From: Phoronis australis
Lineage: Eukaryota; Animalia; Phoronida
Length of the DNA: 63,787 nucleotides
Direction: 5' to 3'
NCBI GenBank assembly: GCA_002633005.1
Contig: NMRA01001033.1
Coordinates: 2,938 to 66,724 of the forward strand
Under the pieces are notes generated by a model. That model searched no databases. It saw nothing but the letters and a program-made list of their open reading frames with translations, and had not been told where the DNA came from. The position numbers were made by a program, and so were the translations under genes. The first letter of the stretch is position 1. Each line of letters begins with the position of its first letter. Positions 1 to 13,031 of the stretch are shown here, piece after piece.

Positions 1-1135
1 GATCAGTGTCGGATGACTGCTGAGCCAAGAAGCCTTGGAAAAGACGACCTGAAAGTTGAAACGAGAAAGTGCATCAGCGACGATGTTAGTGTAGCCAGGG
101 ATATGTTTTGCCCGAAAATGAACGTTAAAGGTAAGAGCGGAGATGACCAGACGACGGACAAGGGACATAATTGGGGGGTGGGGTGGCGGGAGGAGGTCTC
201 GCTGATAATGTCAACGACGGCACGGTTGTCGCACGAGAAAAGAATCTTGTGGTTGGCGAGCTTCGATCCCCACAGCTCTAGCGCTATGACAATAGGAAGG
301 AGTTCCTTGAAGGTGATGTGATGGTGCTCGGGTCACGGGCAGGCAGACCAGGAAGCCCCCATTCTCGCAGCAAAACCCCCATTGGAGCCTGCAGCATCGG
401 CGTACAGTTTGATGGTGTTTGAAGATGTCCACTTGTCGAATAGGAACAGTGTTTTCCCATTGAAGCCTCGGAGAAAGATAGACCAAGCCCTAAGGTCCGC
501 TCTAGCTTCTTTATTGAGATTGATGAAGTGGTCTGGTCTCGAAATACCAATGGTGAGGTTGATGACGGATCAGGCGAATTTTAGTAGATCAATAAAGGAT
601 TGAAGATCGCGAAGAGTAACCTTCCGGCGCTTCTGGAAGTAGAGGAGGATGTTGGAAGCTTTTTCCACCTTGTCCTGTGGCGAGAAGCAGTCTTGGTCGT
701 AGAGTCGAGATGGATGCCATGAATGGTGATGGAGGTGGTCGGCTGAATGGTCTTGTCGTGGTTGATAGGGATGCCTAGGAAGTCGCAGAGCAATATGAAT
801 GCGGCGAGGTCCGGGGACCATGTCGGCGAGGATGGGGGGCCCACCACAAAGAAGTCATCGAGGTAGTGAGAAACGCCGGCGATCTTCAACTTGGTTTCCA
901 GGATCCAGCTGGAGGCACAGCCAAATGGCAGGCACCTGTCGCAGGAGAAGTTGTTGGACCAGGACAGACCTAAGGGGTGGTAGTCGTCAGGGTCTACCGG
1001 TACGATGCGAAAAGCGTCCTTGATGTCAGTCTTAGACATGAGGGAGTGGCGTCCAAACCGTTGAACCAGGCGAATAGCGTCCGTGATGGATTGGTACTGG
1101 ACTTGTGAGAAATGAGGGGGTATGCGGGAGTTAAC
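1..1135 (-). pseudogene. Ngaro/DIRS-type retrotransposon RT-RNase H fragment (copy A, frameshifted, 5'-truncated, runs off window start)
   Basis: ORF 581-1165 has RT motifs SKTDIKDAFRIVPV, DRCLPFG and HYLDDFF. Other frames give the RNase H/connection region (LRDLQSFIDLLKFA, ELLPIVIALELWG-type segment). Several frameshifts and internal deletions. Confidence 0.9.
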
Positions 1136-1574
1136 TGGGTTAGAGTAACGAAATAGATATGACAAGTTATGAATGAGACGAAAACTGTTAGGGTGAGATT
1201 TAGATTTAATCCCACGCGTTCAATATTTTAAAGAAATGTCATTGTTTATCCCTTATGGAAGTGCGATAACAACTGACAAATTCAGTTTGGGGTGGGGTCG
1301 GTGAAACGATTCGCATCCTGTAAAAACTGACAATATTCAGATTGAAATGACTTTACACGTTGTAATATATACGTGTGTAATGGTTATCAGATAATAACGT
1401 GAACGGTCCAGTACACAGCATCAGTTAGTAGTTGGCGGTGGCGGCACAGGTTAGACATATGAACTGTTTCCAAAATGCTATAACTGGCACTGGTAAGGTA
1501 GTTCAGGTCAAAATCATTTGAAAACATGCCTGGCCAGCTTAGAAACAAAAAAGGGAAAAAAGACGCTAGACTGC

Positions 1575-1625
1575 AGCAAGTAAACGACGTTTCAATAGTT
1601 ATCGAAAGTCATCCTCAGGTACATC
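1575..1625 (-). other. Degenerate minimal hammerhead-ribozyme-like motif of Penelope-type repeat (related copies ~17343-17390 and ~33875-33925)
   Basis: Minus strand reads CTGAGGA-TGAC...ATT-GAAA-CGTCG. The CUGANGA/GAAA core is present but stem II is mismatched. Confidence 0.45.
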
Positions 1626-2737
1626 ATTTCACAGAAGACAAAATATCATAACGGAATGTTCGATTAATATCGCTGTTCGCAATGGCCGAGAATCCTGCCA
1701 ATTTCCAGTTCCAACCCCCGTACATTACAATTTGCCGTTTTATTGTAGCAATAATTTCTAAAATTATGAGAAAAAACGGAATTTCGGTTGCAAAACGTGT
1801 TTCATTTTGAAACATACCCCGTTGTAGAGCTCAATTGAACTCGTTATAAACCCGACGTCCATCACAAAAAACAACTCTTGATTTTGTCTGTTTTAATTGA
1901 AACTAATCGAAATTTGCAGGTTTTTATAACACACTACCCTGTTTGACCACTTTATCTTTACTAGCAAAATATTGTTGAATTGGCTATCCACAGTTTGTGA
2001 CTACAGTGATACAAGTGGATTAATAAGAGAGTTGTTTAGAAAACTTCTATAGGGTCTTCTATTAGCTTAAATGATCAGAAAATTCCAAAGGTGCCCTACA
2101 TTTTGTGTGTCTTTACTATAAGTTTTCATTTATTACAAATTAAGTCGACGTTACTAGCCTACATGTATAACTCTCATTGTATCAAAATAAGTTGATTACA
2201 AGTAGTTACAATCTTTATCTGGATGAATTTTTGAAATAAGAAATAATGTCTCTAATATTAAAAAATACCTTGGATAATGCTACATGTACGTCTGTATCGT
2301 TATGCCTTTACCCTAAAGACACAGCAAGATGATGCATCTAGCCTTAAAGGAGAATGCCACCCGAATAATTAATCTTTTTTGCCGTCTTAATCGGTCTATA
2401 TCAACATTAACTCGCACACGGTCGACCTTACCTTGCCAAGATGTGTCGCTTTAACCTGTGAGGAAAGTGAAAAACGACGCTAGCGACGTCAGTGCTTCAT
2501 ATGCAGAGTGAATGCCGCTATGTTGCTGTGCATCGTTCCCGCTTGTCCGAACTAAGCAGCTGCGAGAAAAGCGGGTATGTCGTTTTTTTGTACTTCCTCG
2601 AGAGTCCAAAATGCTTAGGAAATGTACGATGTAAACAGCAAATATGAGGCCGTGAAACATCTTTGTGTCTGTGGCGTGCAGTCGTCGCGGGGCAGTTCCT
2701 GACGAATGCCGGCTTCAGTTCCCTTACAAAAATGAAC

Positions 2738-3080
2738 ATAAGTTTTCATCGAAAAACTTAAGTTTTTGGTCTGAAAAACTTAAGTTTTCATTCCCGAAAA
2801 CTTAAGTTTTTGGCGAAAACTTAAGTATTTTCGAACAAGTTTTTTGGAACGAACTTAAGTTTAGTTTTCTGAAAACTTAAGTTTTAAAAACTTAACTTTG
2901 TTCCAAAAAACTTGTTCCAAATTACTTACGTTTTTGGAAAACTTAAGTTTTGGAACAAGTTTTTAGTAACAAACATAAGTCATCAAAACTAAGTTTTTGA
3001 AAACTAAGTTTTCCGAACATATTAAGTTTTCAAGGAACTAACTTTTGAAAACTGAAGTTTTCTAAACGAAATAAGTTTCA
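2738..3080. repeat. Array of palindromic AAAACTTAAGTTTT motifs (left subterminal region)
   Basis: Many perfect and degenerate copies separated by short variable linkers. Confidence 0.9.
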
Positions 3081-4158
3081 ATAGGACAGACATTCAAAAA
3101 TTTCGACTTTCACTAAAACAAGAGTGGAGTACAGTAACAAATTTAATGATTCTCATAAAGATTTATTAAACTAGACTTCTATTAACATTTGATTAACAGT
3201 GATTAATTTTAGAAAATAAAATGCACTTCCTAAAATACACTAGTTCCTTAAGGTTATGTCCAACCTTATTTAGTAACCTCCATTCTAACACTTATATCAA
3301 AAAACTAAGCTGTGTCAACTAGTAACAGTCAATATTTTCTGAAAGAACAAAGACCAGGAAATATAAATATACTTTTTGTATTTATTTGTCATTATTATTT
3401 TTGCGTAAAAACCTTTTTTAATTAAAAATTTCATTTTTAAGAAAGGTACATTCATAGCAAAATAACCTCTCGGTCGATTTTAACGAAACCTTTTTTAAGT
3501 GAAAACTTCATCAATTACCTCAAAAATGTTGTTAGGAGTTTTCGATTAGTTTGTTCGTTTGGTTTCTATGACAAATAAACTCGCAAAACGTAAGGTTTTT
3601 TTTTTTTTAAATTGAAGTCGTATTCGTCTTTGCCACATTACACAAAGACTAAGCTTTTATATCAAAAATCCTAACAGCGTTTTTGAGATTGGTGACTAAA
3701 TATTGAGTCTGGAAAGTTTCAGGGAAATCCATCGAGCCATTTTCGAGAACTCGTGTTCCTAATTCAAATAAAGTCGATTTGCCGAAGCCGAGAAAAAGCC
3801 GATTAAACTGGGACACGTGAAAATCTCTAAGTCTTTGGTTAATTATTCTGTGAAAACTTGTTTTCGGTATACATAACCTATAGAATACTTAACTATGTCA
3901 CCTATTTCAATGTTTTCTTGCAATGTCAACTAATTTTGCAGTGCGTAACTACCTTAAATATCATTAAAACCTCAAATAGACCTATCTATCGCAGCCAACT
4001 TCTGCCGTTTTGTACGACCTACTTAGAAAAGTAGGTCACAGTTCATAGCCTGTACACGTCACGTGCTGGTAGACTGATATCAAACCAAGTAAGAAATGGA
4101 TAACAAAAATTGAATTGGTGGTTAAAGTAAGTTGTTAACATGAAACATCGAAATGTGT

Positions 4159-4370
4159 TCATGACCAAACTGAGGCCTGAGGCAACTCGTAGCATTCGTT
4201 TTCAACGTCAACGGTCGTATGCATGTAGACACACAACTCCCTTAGGATCAAAACTATATTTTGTCTTCGTTTTCCCCGGCACCATTCTATCATAACCACA
4301 CCTCGTTGGTTCAATGTTATGGCGAATTTGTGAATGAAAGGACTGAGGGTATACCGAAGCTGTTCTGTAC
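4159..4370 (-). pseudogene. Possible terminal exon relic of the nested element's transposase
   Basis: CAG acceptor, then PFIHKFA...LCVYMH...YELPQ. This loosely resembles the C-termini of animal EnSpm-type transposases; weak evidence. Confidence 0.25.
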
Positions 4371-5279
4371 CTGGCGGGAGACTCATTTACTTGAAGCCCC
4401 TTTAACCTTTGACCTTGGATAAGTGGTAAACAAATATCCACGCGGTTGTGCGGTTCCAAGGTGGTTCTGCTAAATCTTTTTTTTTTCTCGCTACGCAGTA
4501 TATATTTCGTATTTGAAGTTCCCCGAGAATGAAGATAAGTTATTTTGCTAGACACAAGTGAAATTTTGTAAAAATGGCCAATTTTTGTGGATAAGGTTGG
4601 AAATATCCTTAAAATAAGTGAACATATGTGAAATATCAAAATCTTAAAAACCAAAAACATTTCAAAAATCAGTTAAATGAGGCTAATAATATATTCATTA
4701 TTTGCATCGTTCTCAGTCTATGACAATTATGCGATAATTGAGGGAGCAAAATGGAATGTACAAACAGAGAAATCACTGCCAAATCATGAAACACAACCAA
4801 AGAAAATTTGATTACATAGCCAGGAAGGATTACAACAAAAGTTTACGTTTCAACAGCAGACTTTTTCAACTAAAATTACAGCAATGACACCAAGAATAAC
4901 AAATCACTTAATAAGCAAAATCCAAGAATATCCGCAGAGACAAAAGCATAACATAAAATGTAACAGGTAACTAAAAGTTTATCGACAATGGCCACAGGTC
5001 TGATTTTGGGAAGTACAATCCTTATGCTAGAAATAGTGCCTAGAATCACCTATAATTGTTTGCAACCTTAAAAATATCAATTTAAAAGTCAAAGTTTCGT
5101 TTTGTTGACAATCATAAGAACAGTAAATCCAATACACACCATGGTGCGAACAAGTTTCACTAAATGTAACCCTAAGTACAACCTGGTTATACGAGATGGA
5201 AATTAGAAAACTTAGACCTTCGACCACAAAAATATTCTTTCTCCTTTAATTTAAAGCTACTGAACTTCATACACATATA

Positions 5280-5768
5280 GGGCCTTTCATACTAACATCG
5301 ACGCGTCGAAGTTTTTGGTAGTTAATGTCAGTATGAACGCTTAAACTTTGGTCCTGGAAGGAAGTTAACAGCGCCAGTTAATTTTGCACTAAACAGGTGG
5401 ATTTAATTGCTTAGCATCAACGCTGCGCAGTATAAACGATCAACTTCAGTCCTATCGAAGTTATTGCCAGGGGCCACTGCTATCATTAACAATTGCATAG
5501 TAGTGAGATGGCTAATAGTTGCTTATACCTTGCTATAATAATCACCAATCAATTTAAAAATAAGTTTTATGTCAATTAACACAATGTTCCCAAGTTGTCA
5601 AATCTTAGCGTGCAGTGCTACCTTGCGATACCTTCGATCACGACAGCGTCACCTACTGTTTACTTCGAAGTTCATTAACTACAGAAGCCAGAATGAACGG
5701 TCCAGTTAACTTCGCAGTGTACGCCGATGCTCCGCTCAGACAAGAGTTAAGTCAATGTGAAAGGGCCC
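5280..5768. mobile_element. MITE with GGGCC(C)TTTCA TIRs (Harbinger-like ends), TA on both flanks
   Basis: Left GGGCCTTTCATACTAAC vs reverse complement of right end GGGCCCTTTCACATTGAC. Confidence 0.7.
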
Positions 5769-7036
5769 TATGCTTGACCACAAGCCACTTAATCTTCTTT
5801 AGCTGGATCTGCTCGCTTAGCTTCACAGGCAAATAATCCATGTTTTGTGACTAAAAACGCACGTTTATAAGCTCAGATAACTGAATTTATAGGTTCATGA
5901 GCTGCAGTTCGTAAGTGCGTACGTTGCGTTGTCTGGGTAGCCTTCCTTATCCAACGATTGTTGAAGGCACACTCTGCAATAAAGACAAAAAAATTTAAAA
6001 ACAGACGGGTAAAAGCTATCAGTATAAGACAACTTAACTTGCTGGATATATATCGTGCTGTTTATACAACACTGATTTGTAAAACTTCCTAACTTATATA
6101 CAGAGCCTAGAAAATAGTCTTCTAACTCAAAATTTAACCAATCACTCTACAGGATTCAAGTGCAAGACTAGTCTGCAAGTTTACTTCAAGCATGCACTAC
6201 ACTGACTGCAGTGGGTCAGTTTTCCACTTACTGTTTTGAATGAAGTTTTAATCCTGGATTCGCGACATTCAAAACAATTTTATTCTATGCAACTTGAATA
6301 CAAAACATGCACATGGTCACCTATCATGCTATCGCAATCTAGAACAAACCGTGCATATGACAAAACTTAATGTGTTAATAAAAGTTGGACTTCAGGCTAA
6401 CCAGGTATCGTATTCTGTAACTTTTTAGTTCAAGTTCTGCCAAATTAATTAATATTTTTATCAAATGATGAAACTGTTGGCAACTGCAATAAACTACAAT
6501 TCCCATTATTTTTATGAACTTTTCATTGTTTAATTCTTTAATCTGATAAGAAAAGGCACAACTCTACATAATGAGCAAAGCTAGTTGTATTCTAACTAGC
6601 TGTCTCCAGCCAGCATAGAACTTCTTACTAATGTTTCATGGACATTTAGTCGGCACAACCAGTGTTAGAACTGAAAGTTTAATCTCACATGTGTACTTCT
6701 GCGTGTACTTTTTGAAACTTATAGCAAAACCAAGAAGCTTTACATTGACTTGACCAAATGGCTACAAGAATCAGTGATCTTGTTAAATAGCAGCACTATA
6801 TTTAACTCAACAATGGAACATATAAAACTCTACCTGCCATGTCGATGTAAACAGCCCAATACCACCCCTGTGTGATTGTTTCGATGCAAATGTTTGGATG
6901 TCTAGTTCTTCCAAGTACTCCGCCAAGTTAATAGAGACCTGAAAACAATGAGATATTAGCAAACAGAACAGCATGCGATAGGTTCTTAAGAATCCAGACA
7001 TAACCCATTTACAGGGAATGTTATCCATGTAAAGAT

Positions 7037-7203
7037 CAGGGGCGGTGGGGGGGTCCAGGATTTTGAGTGGGGGGGTTGGGGCAGAGTAGGGGTTTATCCA
7101 TCAGACATTCACCCCTGCCCCCTCCCCCAACTGCCAATTGATCTTGTAGCGTTTTAGGGGGCCGGGGCCATGGCCCCTTAGCTGTCCTCTGAATCCACCA
7201 TTG
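7037..7203. mobile_element. Short CA..TG MITE, 5-bp TSD AAGAT (same family as 16297-16455, opposite orientation)
   Basis: CAGGGGCGG...TCCACCATTG ends. AAGAT at 7032-7036 and 7204-7208. Confidence 0.8.
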
Positions 7204-8942
7204 AAGATACTGGCATGGTCTTCACCAGAAGTCTTACGTAACCATAATAGTTTACAGTGAAAATATAATTATTATCTCATGTACTACAGTAAACATAAAA
7301 ATACTATATCCTGTACTCCTACCAATCACTTTACTGGCTGACATTTGCAAAGATATTAAATTGAGGTTCCAAGTAAATGTCTAAAGGGAAAAGAATATGC
7401 CCCTACAGACTTGGGGAGATCATTCTAGTCAGTCCATATTCAACTCAACTCAACTCCTAGGTAAAGATGTACCCAGATTAACTATCACTTTCACCATGAC
7501 ACTGAAATATTTGATTTCAATAAAACCAGTCGAAGTCGCATTGAATGTGAAAATTTTAAGTTCGAATATGGAAACTTTTGCGACATTCCAGTATTTCACA
7601 ACCCGGTACTCAATCCCAAAGTCAAATCACACAGATTTTCCTTATTGGCATTGAATTATTTGGTGCAATTAGATAGGAATTATGCAAGTTTCACTGTGCT
7701 TAACAATAGTTAACATGTTGACTGGTGAGAGTTCACTTGGGTACATTGTGACCTATGCCAGGGGTATTCCAGATAGGGTACTAGTAGTGGGATCGGGATG
7801 TCCTTTCACATTCAATAACCTAGATCCTCCCGACAAACCTGAGCAAATCAGTCAAAATAGGCAATACAATAGTTACATTGGTTATTCTTAATTTTGAGAA
7901 CCAGGTACATGCGCGCACCCAGGGGAGGCTCGAACGAGCAGCCCCCCCCTCACTTACCGAAGTGGGCATGAAAAGGTCAGCCTCATAGAAACAAAAAAAT
8001 TGATAAAACGAGACACGAGTCCACTAAAAAGCTGTAATTCAGGAATGCACTGTGCACAGCTCTGAACATACAGTACCACGTTTTTTTAAGTAAAAGGTCA
8101 ACATGCCCAAACTTTGCGCAACCCCATATTTTAGGATTGGTGCGTAGATGAGGCAAGTGAACCTTGCAAATTATTGACCTGTAGTGATATGAGATTTCAA
8201 AATCAGGAGCTTCCAAGAAGTACTACGAACATAGACATAAGAACACACAACCAATGCCAATATACCCAACTTGGGAAATAATTGCACTTTGCCTTGGCAG
8301 TTCCCCCCCCCCCTTGCATTGATCACACTGACACAACCTCAGAAGACAGAAATACAATAGAGTAATAGCCTTATGTGAACGTTATGGCTTCCTCTGATGG
8401 ACCTCCAGAAGTATATTACGCGTTAGAAGTTTAGATAAATCACACACAGAATGAGTCCATGTCGATACGTGACAGCGTGACTCGTGAGTGGCTGACAATA
8501 ACAACTGAACTTAACACGTTCGTTGGAAATCACAGCACCGATTGTGGCCAATCGATTTTAGAACGCTCTATGGCACTAACCTGACTTCCAAAACTTCTGA
8601 AATGTCTTCTTGCTGGCTCTGCTCGTAGTAATATCAACTTCATTGTCGCGGGCTAGCCAACACACGACTTTTTCTTCGAAGTTGACTATCGGTTATAAAA
8701 TTCAAGCCGTTGACTTTCGGTGGAAACTGCCTTACGAATACAACTCAATACAAAGGAAACTTGCACAATAACTACGTTTTTTTAAGAATTGCACGAGTTC
8801 CATTGATTACATTGTACTGACCAGGACAGTGTCTCAGGGGATTAACATTGGGTGCATTCTTACTGCTGTTGGTCACCGGATGTTCGTCTACATTTAAATT
8901 CACAAAGACGTGCCGTAATGATTTCATAACTGCTCTAATTCT

Positions 8943-9119
8943 GGCGTGCGTTCAGTAGACGCTAGGACCTAGGCTAGGACCTAGGCTAGGACCTAGGCTA
9001 GGACCTAGCTAAAATCTAGTCAAAGTCACGTGTTCTCATTTAAAATACACCGCAATATCTCACGTAATCTCGTGAAGTCTTGCTTTTTAGCGAGGTCCTA
9101 GCGTTACTGAACGGGAGGC
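8943..9119. mobile_element. Small inverted-repeat element with internal (GCTAGGACCTAG)x4 tandem
   Basis: CGTTCAGTAGACGCTAGGACCT on the left pairs with AGGTCCTAGCGTTACTGAACG on the right. Confidence 0.65.
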
Positions 9120-9334
9120 TGAACTGACTAGGTTAAACGTTCGTCGTTTTATGGTATTTGTATCTCTATAAATGTTAAGGAAACATTCGGGCAACATTTT
9201 TTTGAGATGATGGATTTTGCATGAGCAAACAATAATTTTTGTTGGAAAATAATGGGAAAAATTTCGAACCAAAAATTAAATATCTCACAATATTCAAATT
9301 TTAAAAACTTGAAAACGTAAATTTTCATCACATA

Positions 9335-9720
9335 GAAACCTTAAAGTTTTAAGAAAATTCAAGTTTTCCACAAATGAAAAAATCCAGTTTTCTGAAAAAC
9401 TTAAGAAGTCAGGAAAACTTAAGTTTTTAAAATTACAAAAACTTAAGTTTTGTTAGTACAAAAAACTTACGTTTTCATGAAAACTTAAGTTATTACTTAA
9501 AACTTAAGTTTATTTGTGAACACTTAAGTTTTACACTTGAAAAAACTAAGGTTTTCTGAAAAACTTAAGTTTTCTGAAAAACTTAACATTGTCCTGAAAA
9601 ACTTAAGCTTTTGGCGAAAAACTTAAGTTTTAAACCTTCAGTTTCTTTTAAAAAGTTAAGTTTTTCCTCTAAAACTAAAGTTTTTTCGCCAAAAACTTAA
9701 GTTTTCAGCGAACAACTTAA
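9335..9720. repeat. Array of palindromic AAAACTTAAGTTTT motifs (right subterminal region)
   Basis: Same motif and spacing style as 2738-3080. Confidence 0.9.
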
Positions 9721-11789
9721 GGGCCTGATCGGGGTCCGAGCCACTGGCCAGGCTAACAAGCGCTTTGTGTTTAGAACTCAAAAAATCACAAGTCTAAACA
9801 ACACAGATCTAGATTCTCCTGTCTGTATCTCACAGAAAATACTTCGAAATTATCTCCGAACAGACCCCAAACTCCTGTTACGGACCTTATTGGCCTCTGC
9901 ACCGTACAAGCCCTCAAACCTAAAAACCAAAGGTCACGTGAAAACAAACATGATAGAATTTCATTTCAAGTGTAATAAATTTCCGGGGGACAAATAGTAA
10001 ACAAATAGTCTAATGGATATTTACGTACCCTTTGCCATGGCATTGGGCTTGGATTGTAATCTCACTAACCCATATCGAGTTAAAAATTCAGCATTCATTG
10101 ATGTACATGTAACTGTTACTGATCAACCTGTTTGAAATCATTCCAAACAATAATACGGCTTTGATGTACGAAAAGATCTCGAGTGCTACGTCAAGTATCG
10201 TAACACGCATCACAACAAAGATTAACCCGACTGGCGACTGTCGCGAAGTCGACATCGGCGAGTATCTCAGTTAACAGGCATCAGTAGAATAAACATGGAA
10301 AAATCGTTAAAATAATCACAAACCTTACCTTTGTATAAGGTCGTGCTTACTTTCTCTCATAGAAGCACCCTTTTCACGCAATCTCAGATTCAGTTTGCAC
10401 ACCTACAAGCCATTTAACCATGTATTTAAAGGGCTCGCGAAATCGAGGCTGTTTATCTATCACCACTAGTACACGCGCGCCCTCTAGTTAATGTAAATTT
10501 TCCGAGTAGCCCCATTGATACAAATTAGGTTGTTTTTGGGTGGCATGCTCCTTTAAAGTCTTACGGCAACAGAAGGCGTGCATTGTGAACTTTTACAGGC
10601 TTTTTAACCGTACGATATTTGACTTAAAATTTGAGCTGAAATACAATTTCAAACGTAATAGAAACATTCCCATTTGTGTTCCACTACTGAGGTGTCTTCA
10701 CTGTTTTCGGAAAAACGGTTAAGACAGGATTTTTTAAATTAAGATGGTCACAAATTCCTCAAAAATGATTATGCAGTATGCCAATTGAACATACTTAGTT
10801 GTATTTTGAAAATTAATGACCTCAAGCGCTTAGAATAGGAATATTAGACATTAATTTTTAGATTGTATCTTTACCGTTATTGGGTACTTTATGTGAAAAT
10901 GGCCGAAGTTCTATAGCAAGTACACACACCGGAACAAACGAATTCAAGCAACTCTCCTCCATGCGCGGCGCAACCTCAGCTGCCGCCATATCTTACTTGA
11001 CATTTCATGTCTGGAGATACTTATGTGATGAACTAACTGATATGTTTTCTTCTGTTTGCATAAGGTACCTGGCTGCCATTTATAAGATAAGATAAGAGGT
11101 TCAAACTGCAGCTACCATTATCATTTTTAATGCCTTTTTCTTATAAATTGAATTGCCGCACGTCATTGACCTTTGAATCTAAGTTCTCGCTTCTTTCTTG
11201 GAATAAATGCTGTCCTAAATTATCTCAGGTTGGTTTCATCTACAGTTGCCTATAATTTATGGTTTCATCAAATACCTAGTGTATCGTGAATTCAATTAAA
11301 ATAACACAATAATATAGTTTTCTACAATTTATGGTTTCATCAAATACCCACTGTATCGTGATATCAATTTCAAAAGCGCAATGCTACAATTTCTTCCGCT
11401 TTCATACAAAACAAATACTTTTTGAGACGTCCGATGAGAGCTGAGAAGCAGCCAGTAACCTTGTATGCATAGAACATGACTGCAAAACTGGTTAGCTGCG
11501 TTGAATATTAGATTGAGAATGAGCGACTTTCCAGAGGCACAGGTCGCAGGCGCAGAACACGGAATATATCCCGCTAATTAAAACTTATTTGCCCTTATAA
11601 CAGGGAAAACATTGGCAGACACCACAAGTAAACGTCTCGAATGTTCCACAACGTGTTGTAAAATATGAGAAAACAATACGCAATTTTCTGATGGTCTTTC
11701 AGTTCAAGTCTGGGATACATTAAATAATTTCATCCAACGTCAGATTGGTAACACTGAGAGGGTTTCTCTACAGTCGATATGTACGTACC

Positions 11790-12200
11790 TTGCTAATTAA
11801 CGTTTTCGACCGTTGGGAACTGTGTCTTACTCATACAGACCGGAAATAGTGTGTGAATAACGTCACGAGGGTGATGATGAGCGCTCCCCTTGGTCGTTTT
11901 TATGAGCAGTGTATTGTATGAGAGGTCCCGCTGGAACTGTCCACAGTCTGAATTCATACAGTTATTGTCAGTTTTCTTGATGTAAACGGACTCCTTTATC
12001 CATTTGAAAATTTTGTTAATCTAAAATAGCTGACCTATCCCCCTCAGATCTCATATGAATTTGCTGGAAAGCATGTTCCGTGATTGCTGATTCGTGGTAA
12101 GTAGATTCTAATGACCGTTGTTGACTACGAGTGAAGGGTCGGGACGATTCAGGCTCGAGATCCTCACGTCTTTGAGTAGCCATATGAGAAGAATGCTTAC
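11790..12200 (-). pseudogene. Penelope-like retroelement 3' fragment (GIY-YIG endonuclease C-terminus plus terminal repeat remnant)
   Basis: HESAITEHA...H followed by KWIKESVYIKKTDNNCMNSDCG. Downstream is a TGAGTAAGAC...GTCGAAAAC hammerhead-like remnant. Confidence 0.75.
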
Positions 12201-12597
12201 ACAATGCATCTCTTAATAGTAATGTATTTTTAAATACATTACTATTAAGAGATTAAAACGAACGACTTGGTTTTCCAGGGACATCGTTGAACAAACTCTC
12301 TAAAAAGTCGACCATTTCAAACCTTTTTCATTTGGAGAAGTCTTGTGTTGACTAATATGTAAAGAGGGCTGTTACGAAATGCAAGCGGTCTTGAAAATCT
12401 AGTCGTAAGCGCCTTCTGGCAGGTCGTGAAGTTGGTGCTGAAAATTTGCCATGACAGAAAGTGCTTTAGTTGATATTTAGAACACTATTTTTTAAAATAT
12501 GTCAATGTACTGTTGTTAAATCTTGTGACACTGCATGGAAAACAAACCAACAGCAAAACCCAACAAGGATGTGAGGAGGTCACGTGAGATAGATAGC

Positions 12598-12745
12598 ATC
12601 ACCACAACATTAGCCTCGAGTGGCAAATACAACCGTGTAATAACCCATTAAGTTATCTCGCTAGTGAGATAACATTTTGGCGGGAAACCGAGGCCGGATT
12701 CGAATCCGGGGATGCTTTCAGTAGAGACTAGGTGTACTAGCCTAA
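12598..12745 (-). mobile_element. End fragment related to the palindromic element at 28028-28891 (inverted)
   Basis: Reverse-complement match to 28810-28885 (ACCACAA..TTAGC..TGGCA.ATACAACCGTGTAATAACCCAT..AG.TATCTC.CTAGTGAGATAAC), followed by a B-box-like GGATTCGAATCC. Confidence 0.75.
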
Positions 12746-12779
12746 ACTTGCGCATGAAATCTTCGCTCATGGAACGGAT

Positions 12780-13031
12780 ATGGGAAGGATTGTAGGTGTT
12801 GAAATGGCGGGGGCTATAATAAAGTTAGTATTGAGTGAAGAGCTAAGTGACAACTCAGAAGTTTTAATATTGTGTTCATTGTGTGAGAGTTCTCTAGCAG
12901 ATACGACAGTTGTGACTGGTCTGAGGTCTAACGAAGGAGCCAGAATAGAGGGGTTTGTGGAGAATGTTGTACCGTTGTACTCACCGGGTCAATTCCAGAG
13001 CCACTTCTGTATGACAGTTTCTGTTTTTGAG
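12780..13031 (+). pseudogene. PIF/Harbinger (HARBI1-like) transposase 5' exon relic
   Basis: RIEGFVENVVPLYSPGQFQSHFCMTVSVFE followed by a GT donor. Matches the F..HFRM...FE N-terminal motif. Confidence 0.65.

Larger units (their letters stand above)
2721..9723. mobile_element. Probable CMC/EnSpm-like element (CCCTTA...TAAGGG ends) with long subterminal palindromic arrays
   Basis: CCC/GGG termini, with arrays of AAAACTTAAGTTTT at both ends. No clean TSD, so the superfamily is inferred. Confidence 0.55.
2348..10552. mobile_element. Non-autonomous Kolobok-like DNA transposon shell carrying nested insertions
   Basis: TTAA TSDs at 2344-2347 and 10553-10556. TIRs AGGAGAATGCCACCCGAA / AGGAGCATGCCACCCAAA. 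The empty site is visible in the duplicate copy near 34490 (CTAGCC-TTAG-AGTCTTAC). Confidence 0.85.
1..12594. repeat. Large duplicated block, copy A (1-2347 and 10553-12594 match 32315-37191)
   Basis: Direct colinear match. Offset is 32314 at the start, with identical ORFs at 211/32525, 284/32598 and 382/32696. Each copy has private TE insertions. Confidence 0.95.

Noticed and set aside
13-603. Plus-strand ORFs over the retrotransposon, and most other 60-130-aa ORFs in the track
   Set aside because: Antisense or shadow frames of GC-rich TE coding sequence, or random ORFs with no recognisable motifs.
2738-3080. Palindromic repeats with variable linkers as a CRISPR-like array
   Set aside because: Linkers are only a few nt and irregular, and the arrays are paired at the ends of an insertion.
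3250-3955. Additional TTAA-flanked Kolobok-like MITE
   Set aside because: The putative TIRs match only in the first few bases.
12250-12480. CR1/L2 LINE 3' end (FLESLFNDVPGKP)
   Set aside because: Resemblance is limited to a few residues and cannot be supported without a search.
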